Notes: generated by a model from the letters alone, not told the origin. A stretch of 64,000 nucleotides of DNA from Candidatus Peribacteria bacterium (GCA_018652265.1 JABICL010000034.1:31236-95235), one strand, 5' to 3'. Shown: positions 50,185 to 60,246, counted from the first letter of the stretch. Program-made: numbers and translations.

Positions 50185-51435
50185 TCAAGTTTGAAAAAAC
50201 TTTAAATAATTTTCTATCTGTTTTTCTAGAGAAAACTTTTCTTCAATGAGTTTTCTGCCTGCCTTTCCCATTTCTATTGCTCTATTTCGATCAGAAAGTA
50301 GGTAGTCTAATTTTTTTGCAAATGTTTTAGTATCAAATGGATCTACGATAAATCCGGTTTGCTCATCTAGAATCAATTCTTTCGATCCTCCATAGTGAGT
50401 TGCAATTACTGGCTTTCCAAGTGCCATAGCTTCTAGATTTACAGTAGGAAAAGAGTCAAAGCATATAGATGGGGTAACACATATGTCACAATTAGATATT
50501 GCTTCTATGAATTCTTTTCTCCTGAGCTTTCCTGTGAATTTTATTTTGTCTACCAAATCTTCTGAATGTCTATATTTATTTGTAAGAGCTTCTGCTTTTG
50601 ATTTATCTCCTGCAATTACAATTGATGCCTCTGGATGAGAGCTTTTGATGAGTCTAAAAGCATCAAGTAGCTGATATAAGCCTTTGTCTCGGTTCATTCG
50701 ACCTCCGAAGAAGATAGTTTGTTTATCTGAGGCTTTCCTCGAGTGAGGCTCTTCGCAAAGAGCTGAATCGAGAGGCGCCTCTCCACTCGTCCGCCTGAGG
50801 ACGGACTCGGTCGAGGAGGGCAGATCTATGCCATTGTAAATTACATCATCAATTTCTATGCCATTTGCTTCCAATGCATCTTTTAGCGCATGGCTTACTG
50901 CTATTTTTACATCTACTTTCTTAAGAATGCGTTTTATAAAGAAGTTTCTTAGTGGATTCCAAAGTATTCCAGCTTGTTTTATGTGATCTATGAAACTTAG
51001 TTTGTAATTGAAGTTTTTTAGATATTTATCCGTTGCAAGTCTTCCATAAGAAAAGCTCATTACGTCATGAAATGTGATTACAACTTTTTTTGCATGCTTC
51101 TTTGCAATTTTCAGTGAATTATATGTAAGAAGCTGATGCACATTATGTGCATGGACAATGTCATATGATCCATTTTCCTTGAAAAACTTTTTTATAAGCT
51201 TAGAAGCTTTAGGATTCCAAATACTTAAGTAAGCTCTCCATCTCGAATCATAAGATATTGGTATATATGAGATTTTGTATGGACTACTAATCGCTAATCG
51301 CTTACCGCTAATCGCTGTCAAAACATCTACCTCATGTCCCTGCTCAACATACCCTTCAGCAAGTTGAGATGCTATTTGCCCTGCTCCTCCATCACAATTT
51401 GGAGGGAAATCATCATTTAGAATTAAAATTTTCAT
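50185..51435 (-). CDS. Glycosyltransferase family 4 with two in-frame insertions
   Basis: GGAG, HAHN, IYNGID, GGRMNRDKG, DSFPTVNLEAM. Confidence 0.9.
   Translation of the reverse strand: MKILILNDDFPPNCDGGAGQIASQLAEGYVEQGHEVDVLTAISGKRLAISSPYKISYIPISYDSRWRAYLSIWNPKASKLIKKFFKENGSYDIVHAHNVHQLLTYNSLKIAKKHAKKVVITFHDVMSFSYGRLATDKYLKNFNYKLSFIDHIKQAGILWNPLRNFFIKRILKKVDVKIAVSHALKDALEANGIEIDDVIYNGIDLPSSTESVLRRTSGEAPLDSALCEEPHSRKASDKQTIFFGGRMNRDKGLYQLLDAFRLIKSSHPEASIVIAGDKSKAEALTNKYRHSEDLVDKIKFTGKLRRKEFIEAISNCDICVTPSICFDSFPTVNLEAMALGKPVIATHYGGSKELILDEQTGFIVDPFDTKTFAKKLDYLLSDRNRAIEMGKAGRKLIEEKFSLEKQIENYLKFFQT
50732..50821 (+). repeat. In-frame family A element, opposite orientation relative to the host gene compared with the other GT4 copies
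   Basis: GCTTTCCTCGAGTGAGGCTCTTCGCAAAGAGCTGAATCGAGAGGCGCCTCTCCACTCGTCCG...GGTCGAGGAGGGC; read as PSSTESVLRRTSGEAPLDSALCEEPHSRKA. Confidence 0.9.
51287..51316. repeat. In-frame (CTAATCG)n run
   Basis: ctaatcg ctaatcg cttaccg ctaatcg; encodes AISGKRLAIS. Confidence 0.8.
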
Positions 51436-51446
51436 ACTATTAAAGC

Positions 51447-53783
51447 TTAATTAATAATTTGATTATCTTGTATTATTTTTACAAGAGCTTCTCCAACACT
51501 TTTTTGTGCTGATGCATTGGGATGCCAATCCCAATATAGACTTTCATATCCCATTCCAAGGATTTCATAAAGATCTAGAACATGCCATCCATGTTTTTCT
51601 GCCATTGCATGAAGTCGTGGTTTAGATTTGAAATGTAATGATGTCTCTGGCCATATAACAAAGATTTTTTCTGAATCCTTGATAGTTTCTGATAATTTTA
51701 CAAACCATTTTTCATAAAATTCCAAGTTCTCATCAGATATAGATTCTACAAATGTTGAATCAATATGTTTTCTAAATGGAAGCCATTTGGTTCTTTTTTC
51801 TACAAAATTAAAAGTTGCACTGTTTGTCTGTAGCCAAGCTTTGAAAGGAATTTTAATAGTTCCTGGCTTTGTTATATCTGCTTTCATTCTTTCAAATTCT
51901 GTATCCTTTGTAAGATATCTATTCCAATTATCAACCCAGGGATTTTTTTCATCAGTCAAAAAACTTGATGGATCCATATCATTCCAATAGAACTGTAATA
52001 TAACAAGATCGGGCTTAATATCTTCATGTTTTTCCAGATATGCACGGACCATTTGTTCCACATTGTATCCACTTACACTAAGGTTTCTTATATTATATTT
52101 GGGGAATGCTTCGCGAAGGTAATGAGAGTTTGTTTTATCATTGTTTAAGCCAAATCCAAATGCAAATGAATCACCTAAAACAGCAATATTTTTCTTGTTT
52201 GAATCTGGTTCGAGACCTCTTTCTCCGAGACTATTTGAAGAGACTTTTTCCCAATTATATCCACGCTCATTTCGTAAATTTGGTAGTAATTCATAATTTA
52301 AATGTAAAACATTTGATATCCGATGCAGGTGTGGCCTTCTATGGTTAATACGTTGAATACCTGTGATACGAAGTCCAGCTTCAAGCACTAGAAAAGAAAG
52401 GGTAAGGCTAATGATCAGCATAGTTGTGTTTACAAATATCTTTTTCATGTTCTCAGATTTTCCAATTCCTTTATTTAGAATAATTCGGAATATGTAAACA
52501 GATAGTAGTATTGGAAGAAATTGTCCTAATGCATATGCAATTACAAAACTCATTTCAGGTGTTGTAACTTTTGAAAATACAATAATTGCTGTAACCATTG
52601 CTGCTAAAGTTACAATCCCCCAAATTATAGAATAGTGAACTTTTCTAAATATTCTGAGAAGAGGGGAGTTCATTATAGATAATGGATTCGCTAGTGATAA
52701 TAAAATTAACCAAAGTGTTATTGGAATTGTAGGTGAGTATTCCAGTCCATAAAAAAGTGGAATCAAAAATGGAATTGCAATTATTGCTCCAATGCTAAAT
52801 AGAGCATGTACTACGAGGCTGTGTTTGATAACTTTTGCTATATTTTTTCTTAGTGCATTAATCCCTTTAGATTTTATATTTGCAAGTACTGTTGTAGAAA
52901 GCTCTGCCACTTGAGGCAAAATCATAGAGCTCGATAGAGATGTAAGTTGTAATGCTATTCTTGCAATACCAACAGTAGAGACTGGAGCGACAAGGCTTAA
53001 CACAAAGAAAAGTCCATTAGGATACATATTTCCTATGCTTTTATCTGCTGCAAACCATAGTCCTTGTTTTAGATATTCTTGTGTTTCGCTTGATTTAACA
53101 CGCAATATTTCTCTTAGTTTAGGCAAGTTGTGTTCTTTCATCATTCTCCTGTAGACAAAAGCAGATACAACTACAAATAGAGCACTTGTTATAAGTTGGC
53201 CAATTATAATTCCCCAGATTCCATATCCAAGAAGAAGTAATACAACGCCAAGTATGAGTGCAGCAATTACTGCAGCTTGTTCGAGTATTGTTTTTAATCT
53301 GATGCGACGAATTGCTTGCAGTATCAAGAGCATTCCACTGTTTGCCACTTCAAGCATATGAAAAACAAATATCGCGATCGCAAATGATCCAATTAAAGAA
53401 TTGTTATAAAAAATAATTGCTAGTGTTTTTGAAATAATTGCTAACGTACAAAGTAGCATTACATGCACAAAAGAAACCTGTAAAAAGTTTTTTAGAACTC
53501 TAGCCATGCCCTTTTTATTCTTTTTCCCGTATTCTTCTGCAAAAAAAACAAGAAGTGTAGTTGTTTGTCCCAGATTTGTGAATGTCTTAAAAGTGCTTAC
53601 AAATGCAATTACAACTGCATATAGACCATACTGTTCTAATCCCAGAATTCTTGCAAAAGCTATAGATGCTGCGAAGGTAGCTCCTGAATAAACTAGGCGT
53701 CCAATTTGCATTGTGAATATATCTCTCACAAATGGGATTTCCCGATAGTTGTATAATCTTCTTATTATCTTCAAAACAGTCAC
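51447..53783 (-). CDS. Wzx-like oligosaccharide flippase fused to an SGNH/GDSL hydrolase domain
   Basis: ARILGLEQYGLYA MOP-flippase N-part; GDSFAFG, SGYN, WND, DWHPN C-part. Confidence 0.8.
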   Translation of the reverse strand: MTVLKIIRRLYNYREIPFVRDIFTMQIGRLVYSGATFAASIAFARILGLEQYGLYAVVIAFVSTFKTFTNLGQTTTLLVFFAEEYGKKNKKGMARVLKNFLQVSFVHVMLLCTLAIISKTLAIIFYNNSLIGSFAIAIFVFHMLEVANSGMLLILQAIRRIRLKTILEQAAVIAALILGVVLLLLGYGIWGIIIGQLITSALFVVVSAFVYRRMMKEHNLPKLREILRVKSSETQEYLKQGLWFAADKSIGNMYPNGLFFVLSLVAPVSTVGIARIALQLTSLSSSMILPQVAELSTTVLANIKSKGINALRKNIAKVIKHSLVVHALFSIGAIIAIPFLIPLFYGLEYSPTIPITLWLILLSLANPLSIMNSPLLRIFRKVHYSIIWGIVTLAAMVTAIIVFSKVTTPEMSFVIAYALGQFLPILLSVYIFRIILNKGIGKSENMKKIFVNTTMLIISLTLSFLVLEAGLRITGIQRINHRRPHLHRISNVLHLNYELLPNLRNERGYNWEKVSSNSLGERGLEPDSNKKNIAVLGDSFAFGFGLNNDKTNSHYLREAFPKYNIRNLSVSGYNVEQMVRAYLEKHEDIKPDLVILQFYWNDMDPSSFLTDEKNPWVDNWNRYLTKDTEFERMKADITKPGTIKIPFKAWLQTNSATFNFVEKRTKWLPFRKHIDSTFVESISDENLEFYEKWFVKLSETIKDSEKIFVIWPETSLHFKSKPRLHAMAEKHGWHVLDLYEILGMGYESLYWDWHPNASAQKSVGEALVKIIQDNQIIN

Positions 53784-53845
53784 ATAGTACCATTTATGCG
53801 ATCATAAGATCTTACATTTGTTGGTGTTTAATATTCAGATTTTCC

Positions 53846-54943
53846 CTATATTGCCAGGTTTTTTACGTGCACATACAAATCTTCAATTTCTTTGATAGAG
53901 TTTTCAATTCTGTGCTTCTCAGCCCACTCTCTACAGTTAATAGTTTCTATGGTATTTAGATCAAGAATTTTATGTATACATTCAGCAATATGTTTAGGGT
54001 CATGTGGGTCCGTGTGATATCCACTGTAGTTATTATTTATTGCTTCCATAGCTCCACTATTATTTGGTCCAATACAAGGAATGCCATACGCATTTGCTTC
54101 TAAGTAGACTATTCCAAATCCTTCGAAATTATCGTCTTTAGTAAGAGACGGCATTAAAAATAGATTTGATTTTTCATAATAATTTTCAAGCTCTTTTTCT
54201 GAAGCTTTTCCAGTAAGAGTAACTTCATTCGAAAGTCCTAATTCTATTATTTTAATCTTCGCATCTGCTACATATTTACTGTTATTTATTTGTCCTACGA
54301 CAAATAAGTGAAAAGGCTTTTTATATATTTCTTTATATTGATAACAGGCTTCGATGGCTTGTATTACACCTTTTCTATATTTTACTCCTCCTACGAGAAG
54401 GATATTACGATCATGTTTTGCATCACTATATGTTGGCCGAATCTTAATGCCATTTTTTATTACTATCACATTGGATTCAAATCTTTTAGATAAAGATTCT
54501 CCTGCATACTTTTTTATTGCCTCTGCAACTTTTTGTTTTGTGTAATTACTAACACAAATAAAACTTCTGATCCTTTTATAATAAATTTTTGCAAATGGTC
54601 TACTGATCCAATTCTTTATAGGCTTTATTCCGTAGGTGCCATGTATTGTTAAAATTGTTTTCTGTAATATTTTTCTATTCAAAAATGCAAATATCATTGC
54701 AAAAGGCTCGACTGTAATATGAATAATATCTGGATTGAAATCCTTAATTATATTTTTTATTTTTATTGCTGAAATAATTGCATTAAGTGGATTCGATAAG
54801 TATTTAATCGGGCGAAGAAGAAGGCCTGTTTGACATACTTGGACTGTGTGACCGTTTTTTATAAGGCCATCTTCTAATAACTTAGAGTATTTACTCCATC
54901 CATCCATTCCATTTGTGTCTTCGCAGATTATTAATACTTTCAT
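53846..54943 (-). CDS. Glycosyltransferase family 4
   Basis: IKNGI, RKG, FEGFGIVYLEAN. Confidence 0.9.
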   Translation of the reverse strand: MKVLIICEDTNGMDGWSKYSKLLEDGLIKNGHTVQVCQTGLLLRPIKYLSNPLNAIISAIKIKNIIKDFNPDIIHITVEPFAMIFAFLNRKILQKTILTIHGTYGIKPIKNWISRPFAKIYYKRIRSFICVSNYTKQKVAEAIKKYAGESLSKRFESNVIVIKNGIKIRPTYSDAKHDRNILLVGGVKYRKGVIQAIEACYQYKEIYKKPFHLFVVGQINNSKYVADAKIKIIELGLSNEVTLTGKASEKELENYYEKSNLFLMPSLTKDDNFEGFGIVYLEANAYGIPCIGPNNSGAMEAINNNYSGYHTDPHDPKHIAECIHKILDLNTIETINCREWAEKHRIENSIKEIEDLYVHVKNLAI

Positions 54944-55016
54944 ATGTGTATATTCTACATTTTAATCAGGATAAAGTCCGTGTAGGAATACTGCGTTGGT
55001 GATAATATTGATCTCA

Positions 55017-56171
55017 ATGAAATCAATTTTTTCCAAATTACTTCTGCTTATATCAAGTCTAATTTTTGCAGTTGTAGTTACTGAATTGGTTTTATCAATG
55101 TTTCTTGGCAGATTCAATTCATATTATCCATGGAAGCCAAATATGTTAGTTGAGCTTAATCCAGCACAGGAATATTTGCCTGGCATCTATGGAAAGTCTG
55201 TATTTCAGACTAATTCATATGGATTAAGGGGTGATGAAATTCCTACTGGAGAATCATTCAAAATATTAGCTATTGGAGGTAGTACAACAGAATGTTTATA
55301 TCTTGATCAACGTGAGACATGGACACATCTATTACAGGAAAAATTAAAAGAATCTGATAATTGGGATAATGTTTGGATTGGCAACAGCGGAAAGAGTGGC
55401 TTGAGTACCAGACATTACATATTGCAAATGAAGCATTTGCTTGCACAAATTCCTGACATCAATCGTGTAATTGTATTGCCGGGGATAAATGATCTTAGCA
55501 ATTTACTATCTACTGGCGATCCTGATATTTATAAGGGAAAAGAAGAAAAAGATGAACATGTTGCTCTTACTGCAGCTTTTGATGTTATGCCTAGATATGA
55601 AGAAAAGAAGCTCCCATTTTTTAAGCGCACTAGAATATGGTTTCTTCTAACCAAAGCAAAGTTTCTTATAGCTGGATGGAATGATATTCAAAATAATGTT
55701 GGCAGCCAGTTAAAATCTCAGAGAGAATTTCGTCAAAATGCAAAAATATATATTGATGAATTGCCTGTTATGGACTCAGCGATATCTCTATACAAAGAGC
55801 GTTTAAATATAATGGTTGATGAAGTTCAGAAAAAGGGGTCTAAAATTATTTTTTTGACGCAGCCCTCTTTATGGAAAGATGGAATGAAGGAAGAAGTAGA
55901 AAAATTGTTGTGGTTTGGGTGGATGGGCGGAAAATGGGGATCAGATGAGTATTACAGTATTAAAGCTTTGATAAAAGGACTAGAAAATTACAATAAAGCT
56001 CTTTTGGAGGTTTGCAGAGAAAGAAATGTAGATTGTGTTGATTTGGCATCAGATATTCCAAAGGATACATCTGTATTTTACGACGATGTTCATTTCAATG
56101 AAGGAGGGGCTAGACAGGTAGCAGACATTCTTGAAGATTATTTTCTACCATCATCGCCTCCAATACTCTAG
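55017..56171 (+). CDS. Membrane-anchored SGNH/GDSL hydrolase
   Basis: GGSTTE, GIND, DDVHF. Confidence 0.85.
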   Translation: MKSIFSKLLLLISSLIFAVVVTELVLSMFLGRFNSYYPWKPNMLVELNPAQEYLPGIYGKSVFQTNSYGLRGDEIPTGESFKILAIGGSTTECLYLDQRETWTHLLQEKLKESDNWDNVWIGNSGKSGLSTRHYILQMKHLLAQIPDINRVIVLPGINDLSNLLSTGDPDIYKGKEEKDEHVALTAAFDVMPRYEEKKLPFFKRTRIWFLLTKAKFLIAGWNDIQNNVGSQLKSQREFRQNAKIYIDELPVMDSAISLYKERLNIMVDEVQKKGSKIIFLTQPSLWKDGMKEEVEKLLWFGWMGGKWGSDEYYSIKALIKGLENYNKALLEVCRERNVDCVDLASDIPKDTSVFYDDVHFNEGGARQVADILEDYFLPSSPPIL

Positions 56172-56195
56172 TATTCCAATATACTATTTCATGTC

Positions 56196-56426
56196 ATGAA
56201 ACCTGCATTTAGAGCACTTTACAGATATTGGATGGCGTTTGCCCGAGTGTTAGGGTGGATAAACGGAAGAATAATATTAACGATTATGTATATTTTTATA
56301 ATTGGTCCTTATGCAATAGTTAGAAAAATTGGTTCAATTTTTATGCGAAAAAGAATACAAGAGACATTTTGGATAAAGAGAGATTCAAAAGATCATACTT
56401 TGGAATCCTTAAGGCAAATTTTTTAA
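56196..56426 (+). CDS. SxtJ-family small membrane protein
   Basis: WMAFARVLGWINGRIIL...FWIKR...RQIF pattern, adjacent to the carbamoyltransferase. Confidence 0.75.
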   Translation: MKPAFRALYRYWMAFARVLGWINGRIILTIMYIFIIGPYAIVRKIGSIFMRKRIQETFWIKRDSKDHTLESLRQIF

Positions 56427-56427
56427 T

Positions 56428-58332
56428 ATGACAAATAATGATACGTACATACTTGGCCTCTCCTGTTATTACCATGATAGTGGTGTTGTACTACTTAAAA
56501 ATGGAGTAATAGTTGCAGCTGCTCAAGAAGAGAGGTTTACCAGAAAAAAACATGATGATGGATTTCCATCCGAAGCAATTTATTATTGCTTAGAAGAGGC
56601 TGGAATTTCAAAAGCTGAACTTAACTATGTGATTTTTTATGATAAGCCCCTTTCGAAGTTTGAAAGGATTTTGATGACTACTATAGATGCTTGGCCAAGG
56701 GGATATAGGCAAATGCTTCAGTCTCTATCACTTTGGCTTAGTAAGAAGCTATGGATGAAACAGCAAATTGCGAAAGAATTAGATTTTGATGGAGAAATAT
56801 TATTCTCGGAGCATCATATGTCTCATGCAGCCTCTACATTCTTTAGTTCAGCATTTTCCGATTCTGCAGTTGTAACTCTAGATGGAGTAGGAGAGTGGGA
56901 AACTACTGGAATAGGATATGGTTCTACTTCGCAAGCTATGCAGAATGCCTCGAATTTATGTTTAACACATGTTATTCATTTCCCTCATTCTCTAGGACTT
57001 TTGTATTCAGCGGTTACTGGATATCTGGGATTCAAGGTAAATAGTGCAGAGTACAAAGTAATGGGACTAGCTCCATATGGAGTAGTAGATGGGAACCCAG
57101 AGAAGTATATGCCAGCTATGCGTAAGCTTATAGATATAAAAGAAGATGGAAGCTATAAGCTGAATATGAAATATTTTGCATATGAATATGGTCTAAGGAT
57201 GACAAATAGACATTTTCATAAGCTTTTTGGGGGTCCACCTAGAAAAGCAGAGTCAGATCTTGAGCAAAAGCACAAAGATATAGCGGCAGCATTACAAATG
57301 ATTACAGAAGAAGCTGTTATGAAGATAGTTCGATATGCTTACAAGCTGCATCCAAGTGAAAATCTATGTCTTTCCGGAGGAGTCGCACTAAATTGTGTAG
57401 CTAATGGAAAAGTTCTCCGAGAAGGACCATTCAAAAATATATTTATACAACCAGCTTCTGGGGATGCAGGCGGAGCACTAGGTGCTGTTCAGTATCTTTG
57501 GCATGCAGTACTGGGTAATCCGAAGACGCAGGAGACTTGTATGAAGAATGTTTACTTTGGACCGGAGTTTGAAGATCAAGAGATTGAAAAGTATTTACTA
57601 CAGTATTCTAGGCAAACAAGCTTTCCTCGAGCGAGTTGTGCTGCCTCTCGACATTCGCCTTCGGCGAATGCTCGAGGAAAGCACAACGAGTTGAGAGGCA
57701 ATGAACTTAAATGGAGAAAATTTGGTAGCAATGAGGAATTAACCGAGGAAGTTTCCTCTCTAATAGATGGAGAAAATGTAATTGGATGGTTCCAAGGTCG
57801 AATGGAATTTGGTCCACGGGCACTTGGCAATAGATCGATAATTGCAGATGCAAGGAGAAAGGAAAATTGGCAGAAAGTGAATCTAAAAATTAAGTTCAGA
57901 GAATCTTTTAGACCTTTTGCACCTTCTGTTCTAGAAGAGCGTGCGTCTGATTGGTTTGAATTAGATGTTCCAAGTCCTTATATGTTACTTGTCGCAGATG
58001 TAAAAGAAGAGAAGCGTGCAGAAATACCTGCGATAACACATGTAGATGGATCTGCTCGAATACAAACTGTAAATAGAGAAGAGAATTCTGTTTACTATGA
58101 CCTCATAAAGAAATTCTACGAGAAGACAGGATGTCCTGTAGTTATAAATACGTCGTTTAATGTTCGTGGAGAGCCTATAGTCTGTTCTCCTAAGGATGCA
58201 TTGTATTGCTTCTTAAATACAGAGATGGATTATTTGGTTATGGGATCTTATGTTCTTGCGAAGAAAGACAATGTGCATCTAATAGATTCTTCTCTTAGAG
58301 ATAAGTATCTTGATGCATTCGATCTAGATTAG
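56428..58332 (+). CDS. Carbamoyltransferase (NodU/CmcH/SxtI family) with two in-frame insertions
   Basis: YYHDS, AAAQEERF, EHHMSHAAS, EYKVMGLAPYG, GRMEFGPRALGNRS, RESFRPFAP, NTSFN. Confidence 0.95.
   Translation: MTNNDTYILGLSCYYHDSGVVLLKNGVIVAAAQEERFTRKKHDDGFPSEAIYYCLEEAGISKAELNYVIFYDKPLSKFERILMTTIDAWPRGYRQMLQSLSLWLSKKLWMKQQIAKELDFDGEILFSEHHMSHAASTFFSSAFSDSAVVTLDGVGEWETTGIGYGSTSQAMQNASNLCLTHVIHFPHSLGLLYSAVTGYLGFKVNSAEYKVMGLAPYGVVDGNPEKYMPAMRKLIDIKEDGSYKLNMKYFAYEYGLRMTNRHFHKLFGGPPRKAESDLEQKHKDIAAALQMITEEAVMKIVRYAYKLHPSENLCLSGGVALNCVANGKVLREGPFKNIFIQPASGDAGGALGAVQYLWHAVLGNPKTQETCMKNVYFGPEFEDQEIEKYLLQYSRQTSFPRASCAASRHSPSANARGKHNELRGNELKWRKFGSNEELTEEVSSLIDGENVIGWFQGRMEFGPRALGNRSIIADARRKENWQKVNLKIKFRESFRPFAPSVLEERASDWFELDVPSPYMLLVADVKEEKRAEIPAITHVDGSARIQTVNREENSVYYDLIKKFYEKTGCPVVINTSFNVRGEPIVCSPKDALYCFLNTEMDYLVMGSYVLAKKDNVHLIDSSLRDKYLDAFDLD
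56922..56945 (-). repeat. In-frame 24-bp GTA/GAA-type mini hairpin
   Basis: - strand TTCTGC-ATA-GCTTGC-GAA-GTAGAA; resembles 42320-42349. Confidence 0.5.
57620..57699 (+). repeat. In-frame family A (nested subtype) element
   Basis: Closely similar to intergenic copies at 35033 and 42267; encodes SFPRASCAASRHSPSANARGKHNELRG. Confidence 0.92.
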
Positions 58333-58339
58333 TGAAATC

Positions 58340-58375
58340 GCGGCGTAGTTCTGAGCTTGCCGAAGAACGAAGCCG
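58340..58375 (+). repeat. Family B core nested in a GTA/GAA stem
   Basis: CGGC-GTA-GTTCT-GAGCTTGCCGA-AGAAC-GAA-GCCG. Confidence 0.75.
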
Positions 58376-58437
58376 GATGAATTGGATTGATTATTTTGCA
58401 GTTATAGGTGTGCATATTGTATTTATATTTGTACTAT

Positions 58438-60246
58438 ATGATTATGAGCTTGTGTGACAACTGGAAAAAATTCATTTATTCATTCTATTCGAATTATAAA
58501 AGATTTTTTATAGAAAATAAGTTGATTGCGACTCTAATTAGTCTTGCAGCTTTTAAGGGGGTGTTTGATTTGGGTAGATTAATTTATTTTTACATAATTC
58601 ATAAGCCAATAAACTGGGATACTCTAATTTATCTCACAATTGGTCGTGGGATTCTAAACGGAATAAAGCCTTATTCAGGATTGTATGAAATGAAGCCGCC
58701 AGGTATTTTTTTGATTTCTGCACTAAGTTTGCGTGTAACAGGAAATGAAACTTTTGGGATTTATATGCAAATTGCGTTTCAGGTATTAATACCACTTCTT
58801 ATTTCTTGGGCAGCTTGGAAAATTACTATAAAAAAACCTTCATCATTTCGTATTTTTTCTGTGATGTCTGGAATGGTATTTGGACTGATTGTTTCTCTGT
58901 ATGCAGAATCACGACACATAGCATTTCAATCTGAAGGATTTGGATTCTTCTTTGCTTTACTATACGTAATTTCAATTGCATTTATAGGAAGAATGACAAT
59001 TCTACGCACAGTTATAGCATCTGTTGGAATTCTTGGATGTATAGGTATGAAAGAGCCATTTTTTCTATCAGTGATTGCGGTTGCATTGATTTTGCAAGAT
59101 GAAGATGAATCTTTTTTTAAGAACATTCTTTATAGATTAGTATTTCCATTTTTAATAGCTGCCGTATCGGGGATTATTATTATGGCTTTACTGGGATATT
59201 TAGATGGATATTTAGGAATTCATCTTCCTTTCATTTTTGAATCACGTGTATCAAATGGATTGCCATTACCACTTCGGGGTCTTTCTATTGGTTATGTGCT
59301 TATGGATTTATTTATTACACCAATGTTCCTTTTTGGATTGCCGGTTGGATTATTCATCCTTATTACACTTGTAGGATCCAAAATCCCAGTGACATATATT
59401 AAACGGCTTATTGTTTCTTTTTTTGGATGCATTATTTTTTCTACAGTTCTTTGGTTTGTTATTAGAAATCATCAATTAGTGGGACGTCTGGAATGGAACA
59501 ATATAAATATTGTGTATATGACACTAAGAAAAATTTTATTAGTAGGAGAAGCATGGACAGCTTGGAAAATCATTCTTGTGGGACTATTGATATTAGCTTC
59601 GATTAAGTCATTTCTTGCTATACCAAGAAAACATTTCACGCAAACATTGATAATAATTTTTGCTCTTTATCTAGTATCACTTGCAGCTGCAGCTGGAAAT
59701 TTTTTTGGATCTCATATGATTTTTGCATTGCCGCTCTATTGTGCATTCTTTTTTATGTTTTTGCATAGAATTAATAAATATACAAATCCGCGATTTTTAC
59801 AAAACATCTGTGCAATATTATTGTTTATGGCTGCTATTTTTACATATCAAAAAAATCATCAATATATTTTGCAGCAAGAAATTCAATATAATGAAAAATC
59901 AAATACAGAATTAACCGAAGCATTTGATAGCATCATGGAGAGCTGTGATATAAAAAGATATTTTATTGTGGGTGATGGAGCATTTTTAACATCACACTCA
60001 AAATATTCGCCGATTGGGCCTATACCATTTCATTTACCATTTATGAGTGACTCGCACTCTCTTCTTGTAGATTACTACAAAAGAGGATTGGCATATGCTC
60101 AATTTGCTATTTTAATGCCTGAAGGTCGTAATATTCATGTTCTTGCAAAACTCTTGGAAGAAAGCAATTTTACAAGATCTATTCCTAAGTGTGCAAAACC
60201 TAATAGATTGCCAGAGAATTATGTATTATATTTCCGTGATTTGTAA
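58438..60246 (+). CDS. Polytopic membrane protein, GT-C-like
   Basis: WDTLIY...PYSGLYEMKPPGIF loop motif; many TM helices; start uncertain. Confidence 0.65.
   Translation: MIMSLCDNWKKFIYSFYSNYKRFFIENKLIATLISLAAFKGVFDLGRLIYFYIIHKPINWDTLIYLTIGRGILNGIKPYSGLYEMKPPGIFLISALSLRVTGNETFGIYMQIAFQVLIPLLISWAAWKITIKKPSSFRIFSVMSGMVFGLIVSLYAESRHIAFQSEGFGFFFALLYVISIAFIGRMTILRTVIASVGILGCIGMKEPFFLSVIAVALILQDEDESFFKNILYRLVFPFLIAAVSGIIIMALLGYLDGYLGIHLPFIFESRVSNGLPLPLRGLSIGYVLMDLFITPMFLFGLPVGLFILITLVGSKIPVTYIKRLIVSFFGCIIFSTVLWFVIRNHQLVGRLEWNNINIVYMTLRKILLVGEAWTAWKIILVGLLILASIKSFLAIPRKHFTQTLIIIFALYLVSLAAAAGNFFGSHMIFALPLYCAFFFMFLHRINKYTNPRFLQNICAILLFMAAIFTYQKNHQYILQQEIQYNEKSNTELTEAFDSIMESCDIKRYFIVGDGAFLTSHSKYSPIGPIPFHLPFMSDSHSLLVDYYKRGLAYAQFAILMPEGRNIHVLAKLLEESNFTRSIPKCAKPNRLPENYVLYFRDL

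Noticed and set aside
19884-57699. Inteins or self-splicing introns as the explanation for the in-frame inserts
   Set aside because: Too short (24-129 bp), no Cys...His-Asn ends or group I/II core, either orientation tolerated, and copies also occur intergenically.
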